A stretch of 64,000 bases of DNA, taken from positions 1 through 64,000 of IMG/VR virus record IMGVR_UViG_2671180604_000001. One strand, given 5' to 3'. This document shows, piece after piece, positions 27,983 to 37,641 of this stretch. Origin of the DNA: a virus (Duplodnaviria; Caudoviricetes). A program made the translations under genes and the position numbers. The stretch's first letter is position 1. Every line of letters starts with the position of its first letter. The notes under the pieces were generated by a model. It was not told where the DNA came from and searched no databases. It saw only the letters and a program-made list of their open reading frames with translations.

Positions 27983-28348
27983 ATGTATCTTAACTATCAA
28001 TCTGTTATCGTCGATATTTTCATTATTACTTCATTCATTTTGCACGTATATCTTGCATTTGGCAGTATTAAAACAATGTCTGGCCCTTTATCGGCTTTAT
28101 TAAATAAGGGTGTAACGGATGTTATTTATAAGAAAGTAAAACGATTGATTTTTGGTTTGTCCTTTCTTTGTCTTTCCCTTACTTGTCTTGTTACTTGGCG
28201 AAGCTATGAATTGCTTTTATTCCTGAATGTGAATGGTTATGGACTTTATATTCTTTTAGCTACTTTTCTTCTGTATAGCTTTGCAATTTTAGCAGCTTTT
28301 ACTTTCTGTAAATTGTTGCTGATGACAGCACAAAGGTCAGGCTTATGA
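27983..28348 (+). CDS. Three-TM membrane protein, candidate holin
   Basis: Three hydrophobic helices, GGAG RBS, behind a late-type promoter. Confidence 0.45.
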   Translation: MYLNYQSVIVDIFIITSFILHVYLAFGSIKTMSGPLSALLNKGVTDVIYKKVKRLIFGLSFLCLSLTCLVTWRSYELLLFLNVNGYGLYILLATFLLYSFAILAAFTFCKLLLMTAQRSGL

Positions 28349-28683
28349 TTGATTCAAACAAGATCATGGCAATGCTTGCGCATTGGTTAGAGTCTGAGAT
28401 CAATGGATATATAGGTTCAGATTATGGCCCAGACTTTAATAGCTTATTTTTGGCACCACTCAGCGCACCAGTGGCAAATACTTTCATTGAGAAGATGAAA
28501 AGCGATATTCCTATTCTAAAACAGTTAAGTGCAGATCAATTTCAGATATGGGCTCAAGATGAGGGTTTTGAGACCAAGATTATCTATTTAAGAATTGGTC
28601 AACAGATCGTAATTAATTTAAATGAAGTGCGCGATTTGCAATTAGCGCGAAATGGAGAAACCTTCGATGTTGACGCAAGCTGA
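28345..28683 (+). CDS. Baseplate wedge small subunit (P1 gp26/gpW-like position)
   Basis: 112 aa with GYIGSDYG, directly before the baseplate J-like gene. Confidence 0.55.
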   Translation: MIDSNKIMAMLAHWLESEINGYIGSDYGPDFNSLFLAPLSAPVANTFIEKMKSDIPILKQLSADQFQIWAQDEGFETKIIYLRIGQQIVINLNEVRDLQLARNGETFDVDAS

Positions 28684-30109
28684 TTTTGAAGCACGGCTAG
28701 TTGCTAATTTAGATGATTTTGAAATACTCGAACGTTATAACGCCCAAGATCCTATCGTCTTAAAATACTTACGTTCACTTGGAGCTTATTTAACATTATT
28801 TGGTCAAGAATTTGAAATATCTGAGTTAGAACCATTCACAAAAACAAGAGATCGTTCCATTATCGCTGATGCTTCTAACAAGGGCATTTTACCTATTGGA
28901 ATGCCTACACAGCATATTTTGGAAGTCATTAATCGATCTACAAATATTATTAGCTTAAGCCAAGGTCGCTTAATTGAGGACAATAGTGGAGGTCGCTATT
29001 GGAGATTATTGCAGTCTGTCACTGTTGCAGCTGGTTCAATGGCCGAAGTTTTAGTAGAGCAAAGTGAATACCGTGAGATTCAATATACTGTAACTAATAC
29101 AGAGAATTTTCATCGCGTCGAACTTCAACTACAAGATGATTTGGCATTAGCTGGATTAACAGTTCGGGATAACACGAACCAAGTTTATCAATTAAAAAAA
29201 CGCTGGATGAATGTCGCACCTTTAGATTACGCATTTAATCTCACTACAGATAGTTTGCGCCGTATATTTGTTGAGTTCGGGGATGATAATAGAGCTGGGC
29301 GAACAGCTGAAGCAAATCAGACTTTTACTTTTGGCATTCTTGAGACCTTTGGAGAGGTAGACATTTCACGTCTAAAAGATGCTTCATTAGTCGAAGTATT
29401 AACTACAGATGAAACCAAAGTATCAGTACGTTTTAAGCAGGGCGGTGTAGTTCGAAACGGTGCAGACCCTTTAAATATTTCTCAGTTAAAAGTCCTTTCG
29501 ACTTATCCAGCACTCTACGATGAAGATGCCGTTTTTTTAGGGAATTTTGATCAAGCTGTAAGAAAAAAGTTTATGGCTCGTTGTCACTATATCGCGGTGT
29601 GGAATGAGAACGAACAAGATCGATATTACGGGGCAACATACCAGGATATAAACCATTTACATATCGCCGTAGTTGCAAAGGATATTGCTGAGCAAGCAAG
29701 CTTAGAACAAGAAATCATTCAGTACATTGGGCAAATTGATAATTTGTACAAAGATCGAGTCCGTGTACATGCGGTTGTTGAAAAACCTTTTGTCGTTACA
29801 TTTAAAGGGAGCTTAGCAGCGGTACATGCCGTTGATGTGGTAAATGCTCAAATTAAAGAACTATTTTTAGAAAGATACGGAAAGACTCAGCTGAGTTCTA
29901 GTCGTTGGTTAGTCACTGGATTTAATTCGCAAGAAATATCAACGCAAGTAAGAAATAGAATTACAGCCTTTCAGGACAATATTAGTGACTTTTCGTTAAT
30001 GGTTCCTAATGTGCTGAATAAACCGCATGAATGGGTTTATATGTCACCAGATAGCATCACTATTAATTTAGAACGGTCCGCAGAAATGGGGGCAGCATGG
30101 ATTCTATAA
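28667..30109 (+). CDS. Baseplate J / P1 BplA-like protein
   Basis: RSIIADA..KG, VEFGDDNRAG and NGADP motifs typical of T4 gp6/J-like wedge proteins. Confidence 0.75.
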   Translation: MLTQADFEARLVANLDDFEILERYNAQDPIVLKYLRSLGAYLTLFGQEFEISELEPFTKTRDRSIIADASNKGILPIGMPTQHILEVINRSTNIISLSQGRLIEDNSGGRYWRLLQSVTVAAGSMAEVLVEQSEYREIQYTVTNTENFHRVELQLQDDLALAGLTVRDNTNQVYQLKKRWMNVAPLDYAFNLTTDSLRRIFVEFGDDNRAGRTAEANQTFTFGILETFGEVDISRLKDASLVEVLTTDETKVSVRFKQGGVVRNGADPLNISQLKVLSTYPALYDEDAVFLGNFDQAVRKKFMARCHYIAVWNENEQDRYYGATYQDINHLHIAVVAKDIAEQASLEQEIIQYIGQIDNLYKDRVRVHAVVEKPFVVTFKGSLAAVHAVDVVNAQIKELFLERYGKTQLSSSRWLVTGFNSQEISTQVRNRITAFQDNISDFSLMVPNVLNKPHEWVYMSPDSITINLERSAEMGAAWIL

Positions 30110-31236
30110 GTTTCACACGTCCGATAGATGAGCAGCCAAACAACCACACAGGTTTAGAAACAGCCATGGCAAAAGCTTTTAAACAAGTCTTTGCCGAAGA
30201 ATTTCAACAACGTATTCAAGATATTTTAGATTATGGAGCACCACATTTAGGCAGTCGTACAGTCGTTGAAAGGTTTACGAAACAAGATGGATTAGTTGTT
30301 TTACGTCGTCCTCAAACCTCAGATACCTTAATGCGCGTAATCTATGCAAATTGGTCGAGTATGGCGAACAAAAGAGGCTTAGGGTTTCTTGAATTTGTAT
30401 TGCGTATGCTTTGGACTGATCAATGGCAAATTAAGCGTATGTGGCATCCAATCAGTACATATACAAATTATCCACAATTTCTAGTTGATGAAGAAAAGCC
30501 TAATCACTTTTTAACGAGTCGTATCCGCATATCTATAGATGAATCAGTAGATTTAGCAGAATTAATTGAGCTGTCACCAATTTTAAGGAAATTAGTACCA
30601 GCCAATATCGTGGTCAAAGTTCATGCAAAGGCTTTAGATACTGAATTAGGAGATACAGAAATAGGCGCAGCAGTCATTGCTAAAAGCTATATGGTTTATG
30701 ATGAAAGTAATGGAATAACTCATAATAAGCCGACCAATCAAACGACTATTCAAGATTTTGATTTTGCGGTTATACGCTACATATGGGACAGTAACGGGGG
30801 CACTGATTTAGACACACGTACCAGAATCATTAATCCAGCACGTAACGTTGACGTAGGATGGAGTAGAGGTTCAACGGATGGAGCGTACTTGAACTGGAAT
30901 GGCGACAATACGGGAAGTGGTGTTGAGTGCGTTTTGTTAAATCTAAATCAATTGAAGCTTGATTTTCCAAACATTAATAATTTTGAAATATCATTAAGAG
31001 CATATTGGTATTCGCAAAAGAACACAGGCAATTTTAGTCTGCAATTTGAATCATTCAAGGGTGGAACGATGCAGCCCAATGGGTTTGATTTTATTAATGT
31101 AGGTGGTACTTCAATTCAAAGTATTACTTTAAGCACAAATTCTCAACTTCAACAAAGCGCTAATGTTGATGGCGTAGAGGTTGGGCGACTCACTTATCAC
31201 AGCTCAATTCTCGAAGGTAGTTTGACACTCGTTTAA
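30097..31236 (+). CDS. Baseplate wedge protein with additional C-terminal beta domain
   Basis: KRGLGFLEFVLR...LRKLVPA N-half; C-half IRYIWDSNGGTDLDTRT. Confidence 0.6.
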   Translation: MDSISFTRPIDEQPNNHTGLETAMAKAFKQVFAEEFQQRIQDILDYGAPHLGSRTVVERFTKQDGLVVLRRPQTSDTLMRVIYANWSSMANKRGLGFLEFVLRMLWTDQWQIKRMWHPISTYTNYPQFLVDEEKPNHFLTSRIRISIDESVDLAELIELSPILRKLVPANIVVKVHAKALDTELGDTEIGAAVIAKSYMVYDESNGITHNKPTNQTTIQDFDFAVIRYIWDSNGGTDLDTRTRIINPARNVDVGWSRGSTDGAYLNWNGDNTGSGVECVLLNLNQLKLDFPNINNFEISLRAYWYSQKNTGNFSLQFESFKGGTMQPNGFDFINVGGTSIQSITLSTNSQLQQSANVDGVEVGRLTYHSSILEGSLTLV

Positions 31237-31326
31237 AGATTGGAACTCAAGAAAACTAAGTGAACTTAGCAATGGTTTTATGTAGTTGTTTGATGAAACA
31301 ACATAAACCATTGTTAGGATTTATAC

Positions 31327-31737
31327 ATGACTCAAGATAATACTGAGGAATTTGCATTAACAACAAATGTTGGTAGTGATGGTGATCTTCTAGTAGAGCA
31401 GTTCTTAGGCTTTGCAAAACACGATATTAGCGATGAAGATTTCGAAAAACTACTCGCTGGTCAATCTGTAGAAGACGTAACAGCCTATAAACCTGCAACC
31501 TATTACAAGATTTCAGCCGATCCAAATTCACCAGACTACAACGAACCATTCGACATTCACATCCACTTCCAAGATGGACCAACATTGATCGACGGTGTAA
31601 ACGGTGCAACTAATGAATCGTTATTAAAGATCCTGATTCATCGCACTCAATACCTAGACAGTAAATTCCCATCAGACCAGTACAAACAAGCCATTGCATC
31701 TATGGAATCGGCTTTAAGTAACTTAAAAAGTATTTAA
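31327..31737 (+). CDS. Tad1-like anti-defence sponge-fold protein (divergent)
   Basis: IHFQDGP...GVNGATNESLLKILIHR...FPS....A...MESAL matches the Tad1 family core. Confidence 0.65.
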   Translation: MTQDNTEEFALTTNVGSDGDLLVEQFLGFAKHDISDEDFEKLLAGQSVEDVTAYKPATYYKISADPNSPDYNEPFDIHIHFQDGPTLIDGVNGATNESLLKILIHRTQYLDSKFPSDQYKQAIASMESALSNLKSI

Positions 31738-31940
31738 TTACTGCAATTGAGGTAAAGTAATAAGCTTAAAATACTTATTGCTTTACTTAAATATACATGC
31801 AAAAATTTTTTGCAGTAATTTTTAAAATAATTTAAAAAAAATAAATCTAATCGAAGTTTTAAATTTGTAAATGATTTTTAAATCGTTAATATTAATATTT
31901 CGTATGACAAATAATTAGAATTCAATCAGAAGGTGGAAAT

Positions 31941-33248
31941 ATGAAAAAAATTTCAATATGTATTTTATTAACTTTGATAACTATTAATCCAGTAAAAACT
32001 AACAGTGAGCCTGTGACAATTATCACATCTATTGTTGGTTCTGCATCTGTTGGGGCTACTTTGCAAGGTATATCTGGTTTAGTGGAAGATTCAATTGATA
32101 AAGCACAGAATACAGGTGATTATTTATTATTTAAAAGTGCTACAGAGCTGAAAAGCGTGATATCAACATGGGAAAGTGCTAACCAGAATTTGTTAGATAA
32201 AACTTTTAATGAGTTAAATGAATCACAAAGAATATTTTTTAATAACATCAATGCCACTGCTAATCAATTAAACTCAAATGTTGAGAATCACTTGGAAACA
32301 GCAACAAGAATTGCTGAACTCGCAAATCAAAGTGTGCAAGATATTAGAATTTTTGATGGAGGATTAGGACTTTTTAGATATTCGCCCAGAATTGTATATT
32401 CAGGTATACCAGAGGATGTTACTTTTATAATTAGAGGAGTTAACTTTGATAAAGCTGATCCAAAACTGATACTACCCTCTGGTGGTAATGCAAACAGAGT
32501 TTCATTAACTAGGCAAGAAGCAGTATTTGTATTTAGCAAAGATGAATTTAAGTTTAATGATATTAAAGCTGAATTCACAAATTTGAAACTTGAATATTTA
32601 GCACCATCAGATTCGGTATTCGGAAAAATTAAGGATACTTTTAGGGGAAGAAAAACCATTAAGTCCGCTAATATCTCTATTTTACAGTTACCAAATAATC
32701 TTGGTAATTATTCACTAACTTATAAAACTAAAGAAAGTCATAAAGAAATTTGGAGTGGCGAGAGACAATTTCATCATTCTGGAAGAAACTCAAGCGCTAC
32801 TTTCAACCAAGGACCTCATGATAATAATTGGAAAATGATAATTTCATCTTTAGGGAAAGCTAGAGAATGGGGACGTGCTGGTAAAGGTTGTAGTGTAGTT
32901 ACAAATAATGAATATGGATTTTCAATAAAAATTCAAGTTGGAGTAATTAGAGAGTTGTTCAATCCTAATGCACCTGGCTATCAACATTGTATTTATAGAT
33001 GGCAAGAATTTAGGGAGTATCAACAGGAAAAGGAATTTCCTGAATTAAATGGTAGATTGAAATGGGAAATTGATTCAGCTATAGCGTTACCTGAAAATTT
33101 AAAGTCTTTTAAACTCAATATTAGCACTTGGGATGGAAAGACTAGGGTATTTAACGGTTCTGCGAGCGAAACATTTTATAAAATTGATGAATCAAAGGAT
33201 TTATTAATTATCAAACCCCAAATTCCTAAAGATTTAAATTCCTTTTAG
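31941..33248 (+). CDS. Exported hypothetical protein (moron)
   Basis: Signal peptide MKKISICILLTLITINPVKT; helical then beta-rich; AT-rich upstream region. Confidence 0.75.
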   Translation: MKKISICILLTLITINPVKTNSEPVTIITSIVGSASVGATLQGISGLVEDSIDKAQNTGDYLLFKSATELKSVISTWESANQNLLDKTFNELNESQRIFFNNINATANQLNSNVENHLETATRIAELANQSVQDIRIFDGGLGLFRYSPRIVYSGIPEDVTFIIRGVNFDKADPKLILPSGGNANRVSLTRQEAVFVFSKDEFKFNDIKAEFTNLKLEYLAPSDSVFGKIKDTFRGRKTIKSANISILQLPNNLGNYSLTYKTKESHKEIWSGERQFHHSGRNSSATFNQGPHDNNWKMIISSLGKAREWGRAGKGCSVVTNNEYGFSIKIQVGVIRELFNPNAPGYQHCIYRWQEFREYQQEKEFPELNGRLKWEIDSAIALPENLKSFKLNISTWDGKTRVFNGSASETFYKIDESKDLLIIKPQIPKDLNSF

Positions 33249-33254
33249 TTTGAA

Positions 33255-33321
33255 TGGAACATATAGAAATAAGAATATTTTAATTTGCAAAAATAGCCCT
33301 AATACACAATCTATTGGGGCT
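33255..33321 (+). promoter_or_regulatory. Late-promoter-like element plus hairpin
   Basis: TGGAAC 33255, AAAAT 33290; inverted repeat 33295-33304 / 33312-33321. Confidence 0.75.
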
Positions 33322-33326
33322 TTTTC

Positions 33327-34250
33327 ATGTCTGAAACAGGTCGAAAAACGAAAAGAATTACATACAATCTGCATGAACGTGGTCGCTCTCACTTAGGTAA
33401 GGACCGCAGCAATGTTGATATGAATGAAATGATCAAACAGATCAATAGTCCTCAAGTACAAGAAATGGTAAAGACAGGGACTTTGTACGGTTATAACGGA
33501 CATGAAATTCGTAAGCGTTATGGGATGAATCCGCCTGATTCCGTCATCATTGATGGAAAGGTAGTTTATCTTGAGCGCTCATTTAGAACAATCGAAGCTT
33601 ATGCAGATAAAGAGGGGAATGTAACGCATGTCACTGAGTTTTTAGATAATGAATCTGGTGAATATGCACGAACTCAATATCAAGCACGAGTAGGCGGTTT
33701 TAGTTCAGCACAAAACTATAAGAAAGCAGGATTAGGACTTATTCCAGTAGGTTTCTACGGCTTTGATTATGTGACTCAACCTAACTACACAACCAATGTT
33801 GGAGATGGGCAATTATTTGATGGCTTAGCCATTCCAGTTGATCAAGATGGATTGATTGCATCCTTTGATAGCAGTACGGACGTAACTTTGCTTTCGCCGT
33901 CAGAAGCAATGATTGCTCATTTACTTGAACAGCAAATTATTCGTGACTTTGACAATATTCATGCTCAGTTACAGCTTTTACAAATGAATGGTCAATCATT
34001 AGACCAGATTGATGAATTAGCGAATCAAATTGCACGAAAAGATAAGCGAGAAGCGATTCAATCACAGCGTATGCAAGACCTTTGTTCTGGATTAGTTGGT
34101 GAAGTTCGTTCATTTGATTCTGTATGTGCTGAAGCAGAGGAACGATTAACTGAAAGTGATCTAGCGCGAATGCGTATAAGTGGTGAAACCACTAAAAATA
34201 ACAAAGCTAGACCACGCATTTTTAAGAGTATGTTCGGATTTGGAGGGTAA
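33327..34250 (+). CDS. pro: Prohead protease (P1 Pro-like)
   Basis: LYGYNGH, VTHVTEFLDNESG, GGFSSA and GFDYVTQPNY match P1 Pro motifs as recalled. Confidence 0.8.
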   Translation: MSETGRKTKRITYNLHERGRSHLGKDRSNVDMNEMIKQINSPQVQEMVKTGTLYGYNGHEIRKRYGMNPPDSVIIDGKVVYLERSFRTIEAYADKEGNVTHVTEFLDNESGEYARTQYQARVGGFSSAQNYKKAGLGLIPVGFYGFDYVTQPNYTTNVGDGQLFDGLAIPVDQDGLIASFDSSTDVTLLSPSEAMIAHLLEQQIIRDFDNIHAQLQLLQMNGQSLDQIDELANQIARKDKREAIQSQRMQDLCSGLVGEVRSFDSVCAEAEERLTESDLARMRISGETTKNNKARPRIFKSMFGFGG

Positions 34251-34256
34251 ATACTT

Positions 34257-35063
34257 ATGTCTTTACCTAAAGATTCACTTAAATGCATACAAGATGCCTG
34301 GTACAAACTACTAGTCGATTTTAGATCGTGGTATATGCCAGAAACCATTCAGACAGATGAATGGAAAAAGCGTGATATTCGAACCGCAATTAAAAGTTGT
34401 CCTTCACGTATGATGGATGATTCTGAAGCAATGCTTGCAGAATATCGTAAAAGTCAAAATGCAGAAGTTGATGGTGGTGCAACGGCATTCATACCAATTA
34501 TGTTGACTGCTACAGCAATGTTAGATCAACCGCCTGATACGATGCAGCTATTACCGATGCCTTACTTTGTGCCTGTAGTAATAGGCGATAAGCAAGTTCA
34601 AATTCGATTGATAGCTAAAACGGTCAGAGCACAATTAGCGTTCTATGCAACCAATTCGCATGATGCACGTTCCGTATGCGACCAGTTCTGTACTTTTGTA
34701 CAAAATGAAGATAAACGCCGTTTCCAAGTACCATTTGACATGGGCATGAACCATATTCAAAAAAGTACTTTTACCATAGTAGAGAATCAGTTATTTCCAT
34801 CACCTGTACCAAGTGAAGCCATTAACCTTTCTATTTTCACTATTGATGTGCAATTGGTCGGTTATGCTCCTCAAATCATAGGACTTGGTGGACCAAACGA
34901 CAATACAACCGGAAATGGATATAACCCTGATGGTTCAGTGGTTGATAAACCAATTCAGGATCTTGTAGTCATTCAAGCTGATCAGTTCACTGTAGATGGT
35001 CATACTCGTGTTTTAGCAGATCGTGAAACTGGAGAAATCACAGTGGAGCGTTTCGATGACTGA
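34257..35063 (+). CDS. P1-like tail completion / morphogenesis protein
   Basis: 268 aa in a late operon. Confidence 0.55.
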   Translation: MSLPKDSLKCIQDAWYKLLVDFRSWYMPETIQTDEWKKRDIRTAIKSCPSRMMDDSEAMLAEYRKSQNAEVDGGATAFIPIMLTATAMLDQPPDTMQLLPMPYFVPVVIGDKQVQIRLIAKTVRAQLAFYATNSHDARSVCDQFCTFVQNEDKRRFQVPFDMGMNHIQKSTFTIVENQLFPSPVPSEAINLSIFTIDVQLVGYAPQIIGLGGPNDNTTGNGYNPDGSVVDKPIQDLVVIQADQFTVDGHTRVLADRETGEITVERFDD

Positions 35064-35565
35064 AATTATTAAGATTGATGCGCGAGTAACTGGATTTTCT
35101 AATGATGAAATAAGATTGATCAGTCTTTGTTTTGCGGATTCTGGTCAAATCCTTGTCCAAAAAACAGATATTTTCACGGCTTTACCTGTACGTCCTGATC
35201 AGCAAGCCGATACGATTGTTGTGACGGATTCACCGAATGTAATCCAAAATTGGCAATTAAAATTTGATGCACAGCAGCATTTAGAAGAAGTCATTAGAGT
35301 TTATCAAGCAAGCTTTAGAGCTGGATTAGTTGAGTTCGAAAAATCGCTTGAACGCTACAATCCTATGAACATTCTTCAGGTTCGGAAAATTGATAAAAAT
35401 GGATTACAGCAAGAGTTCGATAGTAGTTCATTAGATAACGGTCATATCGCAGCATTAATTTCTATTTGGGCAAGTCATAAAATAGCAATTTCACATGCAG
35501 TCACTTCAAAAGAGGAAGTTAAAGAAGAATACATCGATAGAACTATGTTGCCGTTTAGTATTTAA
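35056..35565 (+). CDS. P1-like morphogenesis protein
   Basis: ATG 35056 with GGAG RBS; directly upstream of the terminase. Confidence 0.6.
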   Translation: MTEIIKIDARVTGFSNDEIRLISLCFADSGQILVQKTDIFTALPVRPDQQADTIVVTDSPNVIQNWQLKFDAQQHLEEVIRVYQASFRAGLVEFEKSLERYNPMNILQVRKIDKNGLQQEFDSSSLDNGHIAALISIWASHKIAISHAVTSKEEVKEEYIDRTMLPFSI

Positions 35566-35576
35566 AGCGGTGATGT

Positions 35577-37565
35577 ATGGCTCTAAAACCACTTAAAGAT
35601 ATCCCCGAATGGTGGGAACTTTGCGCACGTTATCGTTATGATATCTATGCCTTTGCAGTAGAGGCTTTAGGTGTTACACCGACTTGGCAGCAAGAACTAC
35701 TATTTGAGTCAATCCAGTTTGATGGTAGCCGTACATCGGTTGCATCTGGGCATGGTTGCTTTGGTAAAGGTACGAAAATCCGTTTAGCCAACGGGAAGTG
35801 GAAACGTGTTGAAAAAATAACAATAAATGATGCAGTAATGGGAACAGATGGCTTTTCACCGCGAGAAGTGATCAAAGTTGTACAGGGATACCAAGAGCTA
35901 TATCAATTTGAATATGCCAATGGTTCAAAGCATGTCTATAACAAATCTCACATTCTTTGTTTAGTCTCACTCGAAACAAAAAACGGTTGGAAAGCTGGCG
36001 ATACCATTGAAGTCCTGGTATCGAAATACCTTGAATGGCCTGAAGAAACCAAGTGCCAATTTGCAGCATATGAACTGAAACATAGAAAATTCCAGCCTGT
36101 AAAAATTAATAGCGTCACAGCCTTGGGAGAGGGTGATTATTACGGCTTTGTCCTCGATGGTGATGCAACTTTTCTAACAGCTGATGGCATGGTTCACCAT
36201 AACACTGGTAAAACTGCATCGGCTGGTATCGTTGCTTTATGGCATCTATTGTTCTTTGTTGAATCCATTACGATGTTCACTGCTCCGCAAATCGGGCAGT
36301 TAAAGAAACAAGTCTGGAAAGAAATCAGTATTAACCTGTCACGTCTAAAAGCTGGACCATTGGGATGGCTTGCTGATTATATCGGTTATCAGTCTGAATT
36401 AGTCTATATCAAAGGCTATAAAGAAAAGTGGTATGTCTTTGCAAAAACAGCACCTAAGCACCAGCCAACGAACTTGGCAGGGAACCATGCAGATAATTAC
36501 TTGCTATGGGGTGATGAGGCAAGTGGTATTCCTGATGAGGTTATGGATGTTGTCCTAGGTGCTTTGACGCATGAAGATAACAGAGCTGTTTTAACTTCAC
36601 AGCCGACACGTAACGCAGGATTATTCTATGAGACACATCATAAATTAAGTCACAGAGCCGGTGGTATTTGGATTGCTTTAACGTTCAATGGAGAAGAATC
36701 TCCATTAGTAAGTAAGCAATCATTAGAAGAACAACGTCAGAAATACGGTAGCCGTGACGATCCTCAATACCAAATCCGTGTTTTAGGTCGCTTTCCAGAC
36801 CGTGCTGATGAGTTCTTAATCACGAAACGACAATCCGAAGAAATGTATGTCGGTGCATCGATTTTCGAAGAACACGTTTTTGGTTATGTGATTACAGTCG
36901 ATGTAGGCGGTGGCGTTGGGCGAGATGATTCTGTAATTGCTGTATCGAAAGTTTGGGGTGAAGCTCAATGGGGAGATCGAGCACGCCGTGTTGAAGTTGT
37001 TGATATTCCACTTTGTAAGAATAGAGATGACATCACAGAGCTTTTTGCCAAGATTAATGAATGCATTTTGAAATATCCTAATGCAACTTTGGTTGTTGAT
37101 GATAATGGCGCTGGTAAAGGTTTAGGACAACTGCTTAAGAAACATGGTATTTGGTTTATGCCTGTTTATTGGGGAGGTGCATGCTTCAATAATGACAATC
37201 GTAAAGAGTATGTAAATAAACGTGCCTTGGCTTATGTTTGTCTTAAACGTGCAATTGAATCGGGTCGTTTCAAAGTTAAAACGAAAAAATTCTTAGTCAA
37301 GATTCAAGATCAAATAATCAAGATCCCTTATACATTTGATGAGCACAGCCGTTACAAGATTCTAAGTAAAGATGAAATGAAGCGGAAAGGGATTAAATCT
37401 CCCGATCTTGGTGACGTTTTCGCATTCTTATTCTTAGAAAATGTGTTCTATACAGAAGCATATGAGAATGTTGTTATTGCAGATGATAGTCCAGAAGCAC
37501 AGGAACGGGCAGAGCGTAAATCTAGGTTTGATCAACTTAAAGAAGCAGCAAAGAACATTGATTGA
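35577..37565 (+). CDS. pacB: Terminase large subunit (P1 PacB-like) containing an intein
   Basis: Walker A SGHG/TGKT split by the intein, Walker B WGDEASG, nuclease VDVGGG, SPDLGD. Confidence 0.9.
   Translation: MALKPLKDIPEWWELCARYRYDIYAFAVEALGVTPTWQQELLFESIQFDGSRTSVASGHGCFGKGTKIRLANGKWKRVEKITINDAVMGTDGFSPREVIKVVQGYQELYQFEYANGSKHVYNKSHILCLVSLETKNGWKAGDTIEVLVSKYLEWPEETKCQFAAYELKHRKFQPVKINSVTALGEGDYYGFVLDGDATFLTADGMVHHNTGKTASAGIVALWHLLFFVESITMFTAPQIGQLKKQVWKEISINLSRLKAGPLGWLADYIGYQSELVYIKGYKEKWYVFAKTAPKHQPTNLAGNHADNYLLWGDEASGIPDEVMDVVLGALTHEDNRAVLTSQPTRNAGLFYETHHKLSHRAGGIWIALTFNGEESPLVSKQSLEEQRQKYGSRDDPQYQIRVLGRFPDRADEFLITKRQSEEMYVGASIFEEHVFGYVITVDVGGGVGRDDSVIAVSKVWGEAQWGDRARRVEVVDIPLCKNRDDITELFAKINECILKYPNATLVVDDNGAGKGLGQLLKKHGIWFMPVYWGGACFNNDNRKEYVNKRALAYVCLKRAIESGRFKVKTKKFLVKIQDQIIKIPYTFDEHSRYKILSKDEMKRKGIKSPDLGDVFAFLFLENVFYTEAYENVVIADDSPEAQERAERKSRFDQLKEAAKNID
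35757..36203 (+). mobile_element. Mini-intein (149 aa, no homing endonuclease)
   Basis: Starts CFGKGT, block B NKSH, block F YYGF..DGD, ends HHN followed by Thr(+1). Confidence 0.92.
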
Positions 37566-37566
37566 T

Positions 37567-37641
37567 TGGAACTGAACGCTTAAGAAGCGGTTCTAAAATA
37601 CCAAAATAGCCATAGTGATAAATAGGTGATCTATGGCTATT
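37567..37641 (+). promoter_or_regulatory. Late-promoter-like element plus hairpin covering the start codon
   Basis: TGGAAC 37567, AAAAT 37603; perfect inverted repeat AATAGCCATAG 37605-37615 / CTATGGCTATT 37631-37641. Confidence 0.78.
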
